A DNA stretch of 64,000 bases from an uncultured Planctomycetota bacterium (GCA_963823665.1 CAWGMQ010000005.1:448001-512000); one strand, 5' to 3'. Positions 32,331 to 43,739 are shown, numbered from the stretch's first letter. Notes: generated from the letters alone by a model not told the origin. Numbers and translations are program-made.

Positions 32331-35300
32331 ATGATTGCCAAGACTGTTTGCCCTCGATGCGGGTCGGAACGGCTCGCGAACGCGCCCGAGGGACACTGTC
32401 CGCGGTGTCTGCTGAGCCTGGGCTTTCTGGCTGAGATAGAGCGGGGGATGGGCCAAGGTTCCAGCGCGCGAATCTTCTCCCCGCGAAGGCACGCCGGAGA
32501 AAGCGGTCAGAAGTCGAAGTCACAGGGATCGAGCTCGAGCGCGAGGTTATCGGGGATCCTTGCGACGCTCGAGGATTCCGTCGGGCCGGTGCCGCGGGTG
32601 CTCTTGAGGGAGGGAGTCCGCGGCGAAGAGAGGCCGGTCCGGCCGCATTCGGACGAGATGCTTCATCTGGCCAGGGACGCTGGTCGTTATCACTTGATGG
32701 GGGAGATAGCCCGGGGGGGAATGGGGGTGGTGCTGAAGGGTCGTGACGAAGATCTCGGGCGCGACCTGGCGGTGAAGGTGCTGCTGGAGAAGCATCGAGA
32801 TAACCCCGAGCTGGTGCGCCGATTCGTCGAGGAAGCCCAGATCGGCGGTCAGCTTCAGCACCCGGGGATCGTCCCGGTCTATGAGCTAGGTCAGCTTCCG
32901 GATGATCGGCTCTACATTGCGATGAAGCTGCTTCGGGGCCGCACTCTGGCGGCGCTTCTGGAAGCTCGCAAAGATCCGGCGGAAGACCGATCACGATTCC
33001 TGAGTATCTTCGAGCATGTGTGCCAGACAATGGCTTATGCCCATAGCTGCGGTGTGATTCATCGGGATTTGAAGCCGTCGAATGTGATGGCGGGAAGCTT
33101 CGGCGAAGTGCAGGTGATGGATTGGGGTTTGGCCAAAGTGCTCGAAGAAGGCGGCGTGGCGGATGATGCTCGGGCCGTCCGCAGCCCAACGGAGAAGCGA
33201 GCGATCCGCACGTTGCGGACCGGGTCGGAGGCTGGCGAATCACACGCTGGTTCCGTGCTCGGAACGCCCGCCTACATGGCGCCCGAGCAAGCTCGCGGGG
33301 CTCTGGGGACGGTGGACGAGCGTGCGGACGTATTCGGGCTGGGGTCGATTCTCTGCGAGATCTTGACGGGCCAGCCGGTGTATGCCGATGCGACCGGGAC
33401 CGATTTGCCGGAGATGGCCGAGCGCGGCGACGTTGCGGATGCGCTTTCGCGCCTGGACGCTTGCGGAGCCGACGAGGAGCTGGTGGCGCTGGCGCGGAGG
33501 TGTCTGGCGGCGGCTCCCAGGGATCGACCGCGCGACGCGGCGGCGATCGTCACAGCTTTGTCGGCATACCAAGCGGGCGTGCAGCAGCGGCTCAAGACTG
33601 CCGAGGTGGCGAAGGCGCGGGCCGAGGCGCGGGCAATCGAAGAGCGGAAGCGCCGTGTGCTCGCGATCGGGCTGGCGGTAGCGGTTCTGTTGATCGCGAC
33701 GCTCGTCGGAGGGGGCTGGTCGTGGCTGGCGCGCGATCGAGCGGCGCGCACGGACGAGACGAACCGGGTGGTCAACGAGGCATTGCATGCCGGTGCGCTC
33801 AAGCTGGGCCAGGCGCGGTCGGACCCGGGGAACCCGATGTTGTGGGTTGAGGCGTACGAGGCCGCGAGTCGAGCACGGGCGGTCTTGCCGGCTGGCGAGG
33901 GTTGCCCCGACCTTCATCATCGTGTCGGATCGCTGCTGGAAACCGTAACCCGGGAGCGCAACGATGCTGAGTTGCTGAGAAGAGACCGGCGGGTGGTTGA
34001 GCGTCTCGCAGAAATCCACAACGATCTTGGTGTGCATCTGGACGGAGAGAGAGCTGATGCCGAGTATGCCGCAGCCTTCCGCAACTACGGCGTCGATATT
34101 GACGCGCTCGATCCGGTCCAGGCAGGTCGCCTGCTTGCCGAAAGCCCCGTCGCCATTGAGCTAGCGAATGCTCTCGATCAGTGGACTTTTATCCGACGCT
34201 CGCCGGCTACGCGCGACCTGACGGGCGCGCAGAGGCTTTCTGCCGTTGCGCGCGAGGCTGATAGAGACCCATGGAGGACGCGGCTTCGTGAGACGCTTGA
34301 TCTGATGGTCACTGATCGGAGTCGCGCACTCGAGGAGCTATCGCGACTGGCCGCGACGGCTGACGCCGGCCAGCTACCTGACGCGAGCGTTACGCGGCTG
34401 GCGTTTGCGCTATCCTCCCTGGGAAGCCACGAGACTGCCATCTGCCTTCTGAGACGAAGCCAACGAGCGCATCCTGACGATTTCTGGCTCAACATGGACC
34501 TGGGCCGCGAACTTTCGATGACCGGCCAGCATGAGGAAGCAGGCCGATTTTTCCTGGCGGCTGTGGCGATCCGGCCAAGAAGCAGTTTCGCACACGGGAG
34601 CCTGGCGATGGCTCTCGAGAAGAGCGGCCGGTTCCAGGAAGCGGCTGACACTTTGCGCCAGGACATACTAAAGCGACCGGAAGAGCCACATCCTCGCGTG
34701 AAGCTTGGCACTCTCCTGGTGAGAATGGGTGACACTCGCTCCGCCGAGGAGCAGTTCCTCGCAGCGAAGCGCTTGAAGCCGGATGATTGGTTCGTCCGCA
34801 ATGAGATTGCCAGCGCATTCCTGAATCGCGGCCATTATGATCTCGCGCTCAGAGAGTTTCGCGAAGCTGCCGGTTGTGAGGCAATAAGAGGCTCCGCGCA
34901 CGAGGCGCTGGGCAGGATTCTGCTCGACATGGGCCGGCTCGACGAAGCTGTTGCGGCGCTTGGCACCGCGGTTGAAATCGATCCAGGATCCGCGCAACCA
35001 CACATCAGTTTGGGCCGGGCACTCATGGCCAAGGGCGATTTCGAGGCAGCCATTTCAGCCTTCCGAGGGAGCCAGCGGGGCTCCCCGGCACCGCTGCACC
35101 GCCGTTCCGCCGCCGAGATGATTCGCGAAGCAGAGCGGATGCTCGCGCTTGAGGCGCGCCTCCCCGCGCTCGTCCGGAGAGAAGAACATCCAGCGACGGG
35201 TTCTGAACGAATCCGGCTGGCGCGCCTCTGCCAGATGAAACACCTCTTTGCGACCTCGGCGCAGCTCTGGGACGAGCTTTTCAGTGCGGAGCCGAGACTT

Positions 35301-35645
35301 GCCATCGAGCCGAGCTCCGGAAATCGATACACGGCCGCGTGCGCAGCAGCACGTGCAGCATGCGGTGAAAGCAAGGAAAGCCCACCACCGGACGGCGCCG
35401 CGCGAGAGCAATTGCGCCGGAAAGCCCGCGAATGGCTTGAAGCCGAACTCGCCGCCGTCACCGAGTCGATGGAGAAAGGAACGCCTCGAGAGCGATCCTC
35501 AGGTCTATCTCGACTGGGTCGCTGGCTGGTCGCGAGCCAGCTCGACGGCGTGCGCGATCAAGCGAAGCTACTGGTACTCTCCGAGACCGAGCGTCGCGAC
35601 TGGAAGGCATTCTGGATCAAGGTGGATCGAGTAGTAAACAACTGA
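32331..35645 (+). CDS. Serine/threonine protein kinase with TM segment and TPR repeats
   Basis: [39 protein letters not shown]-terminal TPR-like helices. Confidence 0.93.
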   Translation: MIAKTVCPRCGSERLANAPEGHCPRCLLSLGFLAEIERGMGQGSSARIFSPRRHAGESGQKSKSQGSSSSARLSGILATLEDSVGPVPRVLLREGVRGEERPVRPHSDEMLHLARDAGRYHLMGEIARGGMGVVLKGRDEDLGRDLAVKVLLEKHRDNPELVRRFVEEAQIGGQLQHPGIVPVYELGQLPDDRLYIAMKLLRGRTLAALLEARKDPAEDRSRFLSIFEHVCQTMAYAHSCGVIHRDLKPSNVMAGSFGEVQVMDWGLAKVLEEGGVADDARAVRSPTEKRAIRTLRTGSEAGESHAGSVLGTPAYMAPEQARGALGTVDERADVFGLGSILCEILTGQPVYADATGTDLPEMAERGDVADALSRLDACGADEELVALARRCLAAAPRDRPRDAAAIVTALSAYQAGVQQRLKTAEVAKARAEARAIEERKRRVLAIGLAVAVLLIATLVGGGWSWLARDRAARTDETNRVVNEALHAGALKLGQARSDPGNPMLWVEAYEAASRARAVLPAGEGCPDLHHRVGSLLETVTRERNDAELLRRDRRVVERLAEIHNDLGVHLDGERADAEYAAAFRNYGVDIDALDPVQAGRLLAESPVAIELANALDQWTFIRRSPATRDLTGAQRLSAVAREADRDPWRTRLRETLDLMVTDRSRALEELSRLAATADAGQLPDASVTRLAFALSSLGSHETAICLLRRSQRAHPDDFWLNMDLGRELSMTGQHEEAGRFFLAAVAIRPRSSFAHGSLAMALEKSGRFQEAADTLRQDILKRPEEPHPRVKLGTLLVRMGDTRSAEEQFLAAKRLKPDDWFVRNEIASAFLNRGHYDLALREFREAAGCEAIRGSAHEALGRILLDMGRLDEAVAALGTAVEIDPGSAQPHISLGRALMAKGDFEAAISAFRGSQRGSPAPLHRRSAAEMIREAERMLALEARLPALVRREEHPATGSERIRLARLCQMKHLFATSAQLWDELFSAEPRLAIEPSSGNRYTAACAAARAACGESKESPPPDGAAREQLRRKAREWLEAELAAVTESMEKGTPRERSSGLSRLGRWLVASQLDGVRDQAKLLVLSETERRDWKAFWIKVDRVVNN

Positions 35646-35653
35646 CTATAAAA

Positions 35654-37333
35654 TCAATTACGCGACCGTTGTCTCTCGGAAGACGTCGAGAGCCCGTATC
35701 GGTAACGGACGTAATCGATCAGGATTTTTTGATACATTGGGCCGCCCGGTAAAGCGCCATACATGCGACCTGTGGTCGTGCTCCAGCAGTGCATACCGAA
35801 GGCGCCGATTTCTGAACCAAGGCTCGCCTTGACGTCGGCAAGCTCGGACATGAACCAGGGCTCACTCGAGTGACCGCGGAAGCCGAGCCGCACGTGAGAT
35901 TCGTCGACGCACTGGATGAGCATCGACACCGGCTTGGCGGCCAGGATTGGCTCGGGAACCTCGCGCGGAAAACGGATCGCCAGCGAACCCCCCCGAAAGG
36001 GCCGGTGCTTCCTTTCCTTGGGCAAGTTTTCAACGCCCGGGGTCCACATCCCTAGATTCTTGCCATTCTTGTCCAGGACGACGAAATTCATCCAGTAATT
36101 CCACGGGATCGTATCGTCCGGCGCGATGAAGCTCGTTTCTATTTCCCAGGGCGGCGGATAGTGCGCGAGCGTGAGGCTCGAGCCGCCTGCGGGCCCAAAC
36201 CCAGTGCCCAGGCCCGGCCCGAGCAGCTTGAGCATCAAGTATCCCGGATGAGAATGTGTGTCCATCTGAGTGCATTGTTCCTGCACCTGCCATCGGCCGA
36301 GGTAGCCCATGATGTTGAATTCGTCAGAAAACGCCACGAATGGCCTGGGCTCCGCGCCGAAGAATACACAGTAGTCAACGTAATACTCGTATCTGGGGTC
36401 AGGAGGAAGTGGTTTGGGGGCCACCACGGGAGTCATTGTTTGACTGTAGTGATCCGGGTCTCCCGCGCCGAGCATGAGCGGGTGCGGCCCCTTGACCTGC
36501 GGGAGATTTCGGCACAGTATATCGGGTATCCATCGGTCGCCCGAGATGATGGGCCCGATCTCCCAGACGCCCGTGATCCTGCCGAAATCGGAACAATCAA
36601 TTTCCCGCATGTTCCAGCCGTGAGATGCGTCAAACTTGATGCCGACAGCCAGACGAGTCGGGCTCTTGAGCACGCAGCGGAAAAAGAGTTGTGGGCTGGC
36701 TGGCCCCGCGTACTTGGCGCCGTCGCCGATCCACACATAGGGGATTCGCCAGTCGCCCATGACCGTGTGCCCCAGGTCCCCGCGGCCCCAGACGAGATAT
36801 GTCTCGGGATGTGGCTCCGAAGAGAATTGCGGCAGTCCAACGCCGGCTTCGCCGGTGCATCCGAGGTGCACGACCAGAAGCTGGAACTCGTGAGTTCGTG
36901 GCGGTCGCTTGCCGCGGTCCCTGGGCCATTCCGCTTCGTCCGCAAACGTCAGCACGACGTTCATGCCGATGGCCGAGTTGACTTGCGTCTTCGCGCCTAC
37001 ACCCGCTGTGAGGTTGAAGCTTTGAACGAGCGATGTCTGGAATTCCCATGGCAGTGGATAGGCTCCGATCCGGATCGGATCCTTGAGAATTCCTTTCACG
37101 TCCCGCCCATGGCCGGCCTCGTAGATGGTTGCCAGCCCGGGATGCTCTTCCGTCGAGAACTCCTTGATGTTCTCCTTGGGAACGAAGACCCACGGCAAAG
37201 TGTCATGCCCCGGCCTGTTGAAATGCTGGTCGAGTGCGGAAATATCGTCCACCGCGCCCGCAAGAGGGGCTAGACCGGCGACCAGGGCGACGCTCAGGAG
37301 ACCCGGCCAAAACACTCGATTGTTGAAACTCAT
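35654..37333 (-). CDS. Secreted hypothetical protein with an internal two-domain duplication
   Basis: Signal peptide (LLSVALVAGLAPLAGA). Starts immediately after the secDF stop. Confidence 0.75.
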   Translation of the reverse strand: MSFNNRVFWPGLLSVALVAGLAPLAGAVDDISALDQHFNRPGHDTLPWVFVPKENIKEFSTEEHPGLATIYEAGHGRDVKGILKDPIRIGAYPLPWEFQTSLVQSFNLTAGVGAKTQVNSAIGMNVVLTFADEAEWPRDRGKRPPRTHEFQLLVVHLGCTGEAGVGLPQFSSEPHPETYLVWGRGDLGHTVMGDWRIPYVWIGDGAKYAGPASPQLFFRCVLKSPTRLAVGIKFDASHGWNMREIDCSDFGRITGVWEIGPIISGDRWIPDILCRNLPQVKGPHPLMLGAGDPDHYSQTMTPVVAPKPLPPDPRYEYYVDYCVFFGAEPRPFVAFSDEFNIMGYLGRWQVQEQCTQMDTHSHPGYLMLKLLGPGLGTGFGPAGGSSLTLAHYPPPWEIETSFIAPDDTIPWNYWMNFVVLDKNGKNLGMWTPGVENLPKERKHRPFRGGSLAIRFPREVPEPILAAKPVSMLIQCVDESHVRLGFRGHSSEPWFMSELADVKASLGSEIGAFGMHCWSTTTGRMYGALPGGPMYQKILIDYVRYRYGLSTSSERQRSRN

Positions 37334-40300
37334 TTATCGCGATGCCGTTGCTCTCGCCGCGGCCAGTTGTTTGCTGCTGCCTCCCCTGACCGCACTCGGC
37401 TTCGTCCGGACCCAGTCGATCAGGATCGGCGTGGCGATGTAGACCGTACTGTATGTTCCACTCAAAAAGCCGACGACAAGCGCGAAGGCAAACCCGTGCA
37501 GTCCCTCGCCGCCGAAAAAGAAGAGGATCACGACGACCAGCCACGCCGTGAACGAAGTCAGGATCGTTCGGCTCAACGTCTGGTTGAGGGCGTCATTGAC
37601 CATTTTGTCCGTCAAAACCGGTGTCTTGCCCTTGATCTCGCGGATGCGGTCAAAGATCACGATCGTGTCATTGACCGAGAATCCGATCAAAGTCAGAAAG
37701 GCAGCGACGATGGGCAGGTCGATCTTGAACTGATCGATCTGAAGGACGCTGCTCACGTAGGGTACTTGAGCGAGCCAGTAGCTGATCGCGATTGCACCCA
37801 ACGTGATGAGGACGTCGTGGACCACGGCCAGGACTGCCGCCAGACCGTACGTGAAGGAGTGGAACCGCCACCACAGGTAGGCGATGATGATCAACCAGCT
37901 CGCGATCGTGGCGATCAGCGCCAGAGTCCGCGTCTCACCCGCGACCGTGCCGTCGAATCGTGTGATCCGCTCGAACAGCAGATCGGGGTTTTTTGCCAGG
38001 TTGTCCTTGAGTGTCGCCAGCATGGTTTTGGCATTTTCGGGCTCGAGGTCGGTGCGCAAGAACAACTTGCTTCCCCCGCCAGTGGCCGCGCCCTCGATTC
38101 CTGAACGGTCGACATCGCTGACAATCTCAAATCGCGACGTTGGGTTCACGATGTTGGCGCTCTCGAGAACTCTGGCGAATGCGGCCGAGATCACCTTCGC
38201 GGGGCCTTCCGTGCTGTTGAACGCGGTTGTGTTGAATGTCAGTTCGTACTCGCGCCCGCCGGCAAAACGGCCGACCGGCGCCTGGGCGGTCTTCGCCGCA
38301 TCGGCTGACGGAGCAGCGCCGGCAACCGGCTTACCCTCGCTCGCAGTCATCTCCACTCGAGCGAGACTCGGGCCGAACGCGGTCAGGATCTCGTTTTTGA
38401 CGTGGTCGAGATCTTGGTCCGTCGTACGAATGTTGAACCGCGCCACCTTCTTGTCGTCGCCCATGCGCAGGCTCTCGACTGTCGGGTCGGGCAGCTTGCG
38501 GGCCTTGTCGCGCACGAACGCCGCTCGCTCCGACTCGGAGAGCTTCTTCACGTTCGGGTCGTCCTCATTGAGACGAATCGTCACGAGGGTGCCCCCCGTG
38601 AAATCGATGTTGAACATGCCCTGCCACCGGTAGGCCGTTGCGAGCAGTCCCAGCACGATCAAGATCAGCGAGCCGGCCATGCAGTAATAGCGCGGGCCGA
38701 CAAAGTCGATGTTGGTCTTGTCCAGGATCTTGAGCATCGTGATCTTTTTCAGCCAGCCTTTGGTGTACGAGACCTCGAAGATCACGCGCGACATGAACAC
38801 GGCCGTGAACAGGTTCCACGCCATGCCGATCATCATCGTCAGCGCGAATCCCTTGACCTGCTCGGTGCCGACAATGTAGAGCACAAGTGCCGCCAGGAAG
38901 TTGGTGACGTGCGAGTCGAAAATCGTGACCCAGGCTCTGTTGAATCCATTGCGAATCTGCTGGGCCAGGCTGGCTCCGCGTTCTTTCTCCTCCCGCATTC
39001 GCTCGAATACGAGCACGTTGGCGTCCACCGCCATACCAATCGTGAGCGCAAGTCCCGCCAGCCCCGGCAGCGAGAACGTGGCCTGGATGAACGCCATCGA
39101 TCCGATCAGCAGGATCATGTTGACGAGCAGCGCCAGTACGGCGACGAAGCCCGCGAATCGATAGTAGATCACCATGAAAATCGGCACGGTCAAGAGCGAG
39201 ATCCAGATCGCGAACACGCCCTTGGCGATCGTGTCCTCACCCAGCGTCGGGCCGACTTTCTCTTCCTGCACGGGATTCGGGTTGAGGCTTGCCGGCAAGC
39301 TGCCCGCTCGCAAAACCTGTACGAGGTGCTCGACTTCCTTGGCCTTGAATCCCTGAGGGCCTCCTTCGATGATGCCCGAGTCTCGAATCTCGTTCTTGAG
39401 GTGCGGCGCCGACATCACCAGGTTGTCGAGCAAGATCGCAAGCTGGTACTGGAAGTTCCCACCTTCCTCGGGGCGATGCTCGTGCGTGAGCTGGCCGAAA
39501 CGCGAAGCTCCCCGCGCGTCAAACTCAAACCGAACGGCCGGCTGAAGGCCTTCGTCCACATCCGGCCTGACCTGTTTCAGATACTTGCCGGTCACCTCCC
39601 GGCCCGGTCGGTCCAGCACGCAAAGAATCCAGAGTTCCGTCCGCCCGTCAGCAACCTTCTCCTCGCGAATGATGACGTCAGATGGCCTCGGATTAACCGC
39701 ATCGCCCGCATGAATCTGGCTGGGGTTGTACTCGATCCGGTACGAATCAATCGACTTCAAATGGTGCGATTTATCCTTATCGAAGCTCAACGTATTGGTC
39801 GTGTTCCGCTTGACCTTGACGGCTTCCGACTTCTCATTTCCATTCGCGTCCTTCCCGGTCAGCACGACGTCCGTTCCCGCGTACAGGTCTTTCTTCCACT
39901 CCTGCCGCAGATCCGTGATTGATTGAGCGTCGAATCGAGGGTTGGTCCCCGTCGATGTTTCGCCGATCCGCGCCCATTTGTATCTCTGAGGCGGCCTGGC
40001 CAGCCCCCCGGGCCCAAGCGCCTGGTCTTTCTTGGCGACGTCTCTCTTGTGATTGGCGAGGATGCGGAACTCGAGCGAGCCCACATCCGTCAGCATCTTC
40101 TTGACTTCCTCAACCTCCTCATTGCTCGCTTGCGGCAAGATGATCTCGATCCGGTTCCCCCCCACGTTGCGAATCGGGATCTCTTTCACACCTTCCGGAT
40201 CGGCTCGCTTCTTGAGGGCCGAAATCAACTCTTCCATGTTCACGCTTCGATTGGTGTTGTCGCTGACCACCTCGTAAACCAGGATCGTTCCTCCCGAGAG

Positions 40301-40408
40301 GTCGATTCCCAGCTTCAGCCTCTCCTTGGGCGGCCACATGAAGTACAGCCCAAGCAAGGTGGCGCCGACGATCACGGCAATCTTCCACATGAAACGCTTC
40401 ATCGTCAT
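37334..40408 (-). CDS. secDF: Fused protein translocase subunit SecDF
   Basis: LKLGIDLSGG, VGPTLG, GMAVDANVLVFERMREE, NIDFTGGT, IGFSVNDTIVIFDRIRE, GTYSTVYIA. Confidence 0.96.
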   Translation of the reverse strand: MTMKRFMWKIAVIVGATLLGLYFMWPPKERLKLGIDLSGGTILVYEVVSDNTNRSVNMEELISALKKRADPEGVKEIPIRNVGGNRIEIILPQASNEEVEEVKKMLTDVGSLEFRILANHKRDVAKKDQALGPGGLARPPQRYKWARIGETSTGTNPRFDAQSITDLRQEWKKDLYAGTDVVLTGKDANGNEKSEAVKVKRNTTNTLSFDKDKSHHLKSIDSYRIEYNPSQIHAGDAVNPRPSDVIIREEKVADGRTELWILCVLDRPGREVTGKYLKQVRPDVDEGLQPAVRFEFDARGASRFGQLTHEHRPEEGGNFQYQLAILLDNLVMSAPHLKNEIRDSGIIEGGPQGFKAKEVEHLVQVLRAGSLPASLNPNPVQEEKVGPTLGEDTIAKGVFAIWISLLTVPIFMVIYYRFAGFVAVLALLVNMILLIGSMAFIQATFSLPGLAGLALTIGMAVDANVLVFERMREEKERGASLAQQIRNGFNRAWVTIFDSHVTNFLAALVLYIVGTEQVKGFALTMMIGMAWNLFTAVFMSRVIFEVSYTKGWLKKITMLKILDKTNIDFVGPRYYCMAGSLILIVLGLLATAYRWQGMFNIDFTGGTLVTIRLNEDDPNVKKLSESERAAFVRDKARKLPDPTVESLRMGDDKKVARFNIRTTDQDLDHVKNEILTAFGPSLARVEMTASEGKPVAGAAPSADAAKTAQAPVGRFAGGREYELTFNTTAFNSTEGPAKVISAAFARVLESANIVNPTSRFEIVSDVDRSGIEGAATGGGSKLFLRTDLEPENAKTMLATLKDNLAKNPDLLFERITRFDGTVAGETRTLALIATIASWLIIIAYLWWRFHSFTYGLAAVLAVVHDVLITLGAIAISYWLAQVPYVSSVLQIDQFKIDLPIVAAFLTLIGFSVNDTIVIFDRIREIKGKTPVLTDKMVNDALNQTLSRTILTSFTAWLVVVILFFFGGEGLHGFAFALVVGFLSGTYSTVYIATPILIDWVRTKPSAVRGGSSKQLAAARATASR

Positions 40409-40545
40409 TTCTCCGAGCCGTCACGTCTTTCCGGGTGTTCCCGACGACCGCTTGGCAGCTTTGTTTCCTGAATATGTTGTCCGCCCGCCGCCGGCTCGCT
40501 TTTTGAGCTCCAGCTCACACCGCGATCGGTCGGGGCACCCTTGGT

Positions 40546-40923
40546 TCAATTTGATTCGGGCGGCTTCTCAGAGGACTTATCGGATGACTTATCGGAGGAC
40601 GAGTCCAGAACCCGGGCGATGCTCGCGCGGGTGAACGCAAGCTTCACACCTCGCTCGTCATCGACCCGCAGCACAACCTTGTCGTGCGTCGCATCAATCG
40701 AAATTACCGTCGCGTACATCCCACCTGTCGTCAAAACCTTGTCGTTCTTCTTGACCGTGTCCAGCATCGATTTGCGCTTTTGCTCGGTTTGCTGCTGCGG
40801 TCGGATAAACAAAAAGTAGAACAACAACGGAATCGGCGCCAGCATGACAAAAGTCGACCAGAAGCTTCCGCCGTTCGCATCCTGCGCGAAGACGACCGGA
40901 AGTTGTGTCCACAGCTCACTCAT
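40546..40923 (-). CDS. yajC: Preprotein translocase subunit YajC
   Basis: FYFLFIRPQQ...KKNDKVLTTGGMYATV; position between tgt and secDF. Confidence 0.93.
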   Translation of the reverse strand: MSELWTQLPVVFAQDANGGSFWSTFVMLAPIPLLFYFLFIRPQQQTEQKRKSMLDTVKKNDKVLTTGGMYATVISIDATHDKVVLRVDDERGVKLAFTRASIARVLDSSSDKSSDKSSEKPPESN

Positions 40924-41053
40924 CGAAAAATCCATCCAAACAATGTGAAACCACCAGCCCCTTTTCCCACGCCAGCACAAAGCTCCGCTGCCGTCACCCG
41001 CCGCACCAACCGCCTCCCGCCAAACTGTGGCCCCGCACTCAGCACTCTAACGC

Positions 41054-42175
41054 TTAGGGTCCCAATGCTTCAAGGACTTCTAGACGCAACTGGACAAACC
41101 GATCCGCCGCAATCGCTTCTCGAATCCGCGAAGTGAGCCGATGAAGGTAACTCAAGTTGTGAATCGTCGCCAGAATCGGGCCGAGCATCTCCTTCGCCAG
41201 AAACAAGTGGCGCAGGTACGACCGGCTGAAGCTCCGGCAAGCAAGGCACTCGCAGCTCTCGTCGATTGGACCCGAGTCGCCTCGATGTGAAGCGTTGCGT
41301 AACCGTACGTATCCTTTGTCGGAGAAACAAGTTGCGTTTCGTCCGTTCCGCGTCGGCATCACGCAGTCGAAGAGATCGACCCCCGTCGCCACGGCGTCGA
41401 GAATATCCTGCGGCCTCCCCACGCCCATCAGGTAGCGCGCTCGGTCGTCCGGCAGGAGGTGTGTCGTGATCTGAAGCGCCTCTCGAACGAGGCTCGGGCC
41501 TTCGCCCACGCTCACTCCGCCAATCGCATAGCCGTCGAAATCCTGGGCAACAATGGCTTCGGCACAACTCGCGCGGAGATCGGCGTGCGGTCCGCCCTGA
41601 ACAATGCCAAAAAGAGCCTGATCAGCTCGCCGATGAGCCGCCTTGCATCGCGCAGCCCAGTCGACCGTTCGATTCACAGCCTCCGAGATCTCCTCCTTCG
41701 TCGCAGGAAGACGGGGACATTGGTCCAGGCACATCGCCACGTCAGCACCTAGCTTTTCCTGGATCGCCACAGCCCGCTCCGGCGTGAGCTCGAGGAGTCG
41801 TCCATCGACGTGTGATCGAAACGTCACTCCCGCGTCGGTCACCCGGCTCCGGTCCGAAAGACTGAATACCTGAAACCCACCGGAATCCGTGAGAATCGGC
41901 CCGCTCCAGCCCATGAACGAGTGCAAGCCCCCCAGCGCCGCCACCTCGGCCTCACCTGGCCGAAGCGCGAGATGATAAGTGTTCGCCAGCAGCATCTCGG
42001 TCCCGGTGTCGCGGATCTGGTCGGGCGTCAAACCCTTGACCGTCGCCTGCGTACCCACCGGCATGAACGCCGGCGTCGCCACAGACCCGTGCGGCGTCTC
42101 CAGCACCCCGGAGCGCGCCGCCGAATGCGAGTCCTGCTTGAGCATCCGGAACCAGACCGGCCGGCGAGAGATCAA
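41054..42175 (-). CDS. tgt: tRNA-guanine transglycosylase
   Basis: TPAFMPVGT, ANTYHL, TDSGGFQVFSL, FGIVQGG, YLMGVG, FDCVMPTRNGR, CECLAC. Probable TTG start overlapping the upstream TGA. Confidence 0.96.
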   Translation of the reverse strand: MISRRPVWFRMLKQDSHSAARSGVLETPHGSVATPAFMPVGTQATVKGLTPDQIRDTGTEMLLANTYHLALRPGEAEVAALGGLHSFMGWSGPILTDSGGFQVFSLSDRSRVTDAGVTFRSHVDGRLLELTPERAVAIQEKLGADVAMCLDQCPRLPATKEEISEAVNRTVDWAARCKAAHRRADQALFGIVQGGPHADLRASCAEAIVAQDFDGYAIGGVSVGEGPSLVREALQITTHLLPDDRARYLMGVGRPQDILDAVATGVDLFDCVMPTRNGRNATCFSDKGYVRLRNASHRGDSGPIDESCECLACRSFSRSYLRHLFLAKEMLGPILATIHNLSYLHRLTSRIREAIAADRFVQLRLEVLEALGP

Positions 42176-43506
42176 TCGTTTTTGAGTTTCAAGTTGAGGG
42201 CCTGCAGCTTGTCGCGCACCTCGTTCAAGGACGTCACGCCGAAGTTCTTGCACTCCAGTAGCTCGTCGCCGGTGTGCTTCAAGATGTCGCCCACGGTCTG
42301 AATGTTGAGTTTACTCATGCACTTACGCGCGCGCACCGACAAGTTTAGATCGCCGATGGGCTTGTTGAGGATCGCCTGGAGCTCCGGCGGCACCTCCTGG
42401 GGCTGCTCGATCCGGTGATCGTGCGGCCCGCGCTCGCTCCCCTCCAGCGACATCCCCAGCCGCAAGCCCTTCGCGTGCATCATGTCCTTGATCTCGGCGA
42501 GCGACGTCTCGCCGAAGTTCTTGCTGGAAAGCAAGGCCGCTTCGGTCGTGCGCGTCAGATCACCAAGTGTCCGAATATTCATCTTCCGCAGACAGTTCCG
42601 GCTGCGCACCGACAGCTCGAAATCGGTAACCGGGATCTCGTGAAGCTGCTTGAGCACCGTATACCCGCGCTCCGCTTCTTCGTCGTAGTACATCCCCTTG
42701 CTGGCCTGGCAGTCCTTGACGAATAACCGCGCGCGCGGATGATTGGGCTCGTGAGCCAGGACGTGCCGGTAGCACTGCTCCGCGTCCCGGAACCGCATCT
42801 CGTCTTCGTAGAGAATTCCCAGGTTCACCCACGCCGCCAGCGGCACCGGCGGCCGGTCCGTGCACCGTTTGTAATACTCGAGCGCCAGGTCGTCGTTACC
42901 ATAAAGATCGTTGATATAAGCAAGCTCAAAAAGTGCTCCGTTGTGGTCCTTGTCGAGCTGCAGCGTTCTCTCGAACTCCGCGGAAGCTTCAATCATCTGC
43001 CCCGACGCCGAAAGCAGACAGCCCTGCTGAAAGTGGAATTCCGCCGATGAATCGCCCTGCTTCGCCATCGCCGCGAGAATCTTCCGGGCTTCATCCTCCT
43101 TGCCCGCGTGCCGCAGCGCCCCGGCACGATGCAGCTCGGAATTCTTCGCGTCGTATCCATGTTTGGCCGACGCCGCAAACGACGCCGCGGCCGCCTCATA
43201 TTGCTGCTGATTCTCCTGGGCAAGCCCGCGGAAATAACAAGCCATCCCCAGGTCGCCGGCCTTCTTCAAATGATCTAGCCCAGACTGATACCGGCCCAGA
43301 AGCACCTCGCCCACACCCAGCCGGAGATGCGTCTCCGGTTTCATGTCCTTCTTCTCCCGTTCCCGGATGTTCTGCACCGCCTCGCGGAGCGTCCGGTATC
43401 GTGAAGGATCCCGGTTCAGAAGCTCGCGCAGATCCCCAACCGCCGCCACGTCGAACGGTGTTCGGTCCATGATCGCTCGAACGTCGGTGGTCATCATCTC
43501 AGCCAT
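42172..43506 (-). CDS. TPR-repeat protein with two tandem RNA polymerase alpha C-terminal-like domains
   Basis: TPR helices, then FELSVRSRNCLRKMNIRTLGDL...KNFGETSLAEI and LNLSVRARKCMSKLNIQTVGDI...KNFGVTSLNEV. No alpha N-terminal domain. Confidence 0.9.
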   Translation of the reverse strand: MAEMMTTDVRAIMDRTPFDVAAVGDLRELLNRDPSRYRTLREAVQNIREREKKDMKPETHLRLGVGEVLLGRYQSGLDHLKKAGDLGMACYFRGLAQENQQQYEAAAASFAASAKHGYDAKNSELHRAGALRHAGKEDEARKILAAMAKQGDSSAEFHFQQGCLLSASGQMIEASAEFERTLQLDKDHNGALFELAYINDLYGNDDLALEYYKRCTDRPPVPLAAWVNLGILYEDEMRFRDAEQCYRHVLAHEPNHPRARLFVKDCQASKGMYYDEEAERGYTVLKQLHEIPVTDFELSVRSRNCLRKMNIRTLGDLTRTTEAALLSSKNFGETSLAEIKDMMHAKGLRLGMSLEGSERGPHDHRIEQPQEVPPELQAILNKPIGDLNLSVRARKCMSKLNIQTVGDILKHTGDELLECKNFGVTSLNEVRDKLQALNLKLKND

Positions 43507-43739
43507 GCGTCCTCCTCGTCCACTCGCCTCAAGTCGAGCCCGCCTCGATCTTCCACAACAATAAAATCCCAGCCACCGATGACACCAATTCGGCCGAACG
43601 CAACGGCGCGGCAACCCCGGTCTGACCGAGGCGCACAATAATCAGCCTGAGGTGTATGCATGCTATGGGCAGTATAAGAGTGTTACGAAAGACGGAACGC
43701 TTGTCAACGGCCAGCGATTGATCTCGGTCGCCCAGCTCA

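Noticed and set aside
42172..43506. Calling this gene rpoA
   Set aside because: It lacks the alpha N-terminal dimerisation domain and the ribosomal-protein operon context.
43680..43707. TTGACA-based promoter upstream of the TPR-alphaCTD gene (minus strand)
   Set aside because: The -35 is perfect, but there is no convincing -10 at 17-bp spacing, so it is too weak to list as a feature.
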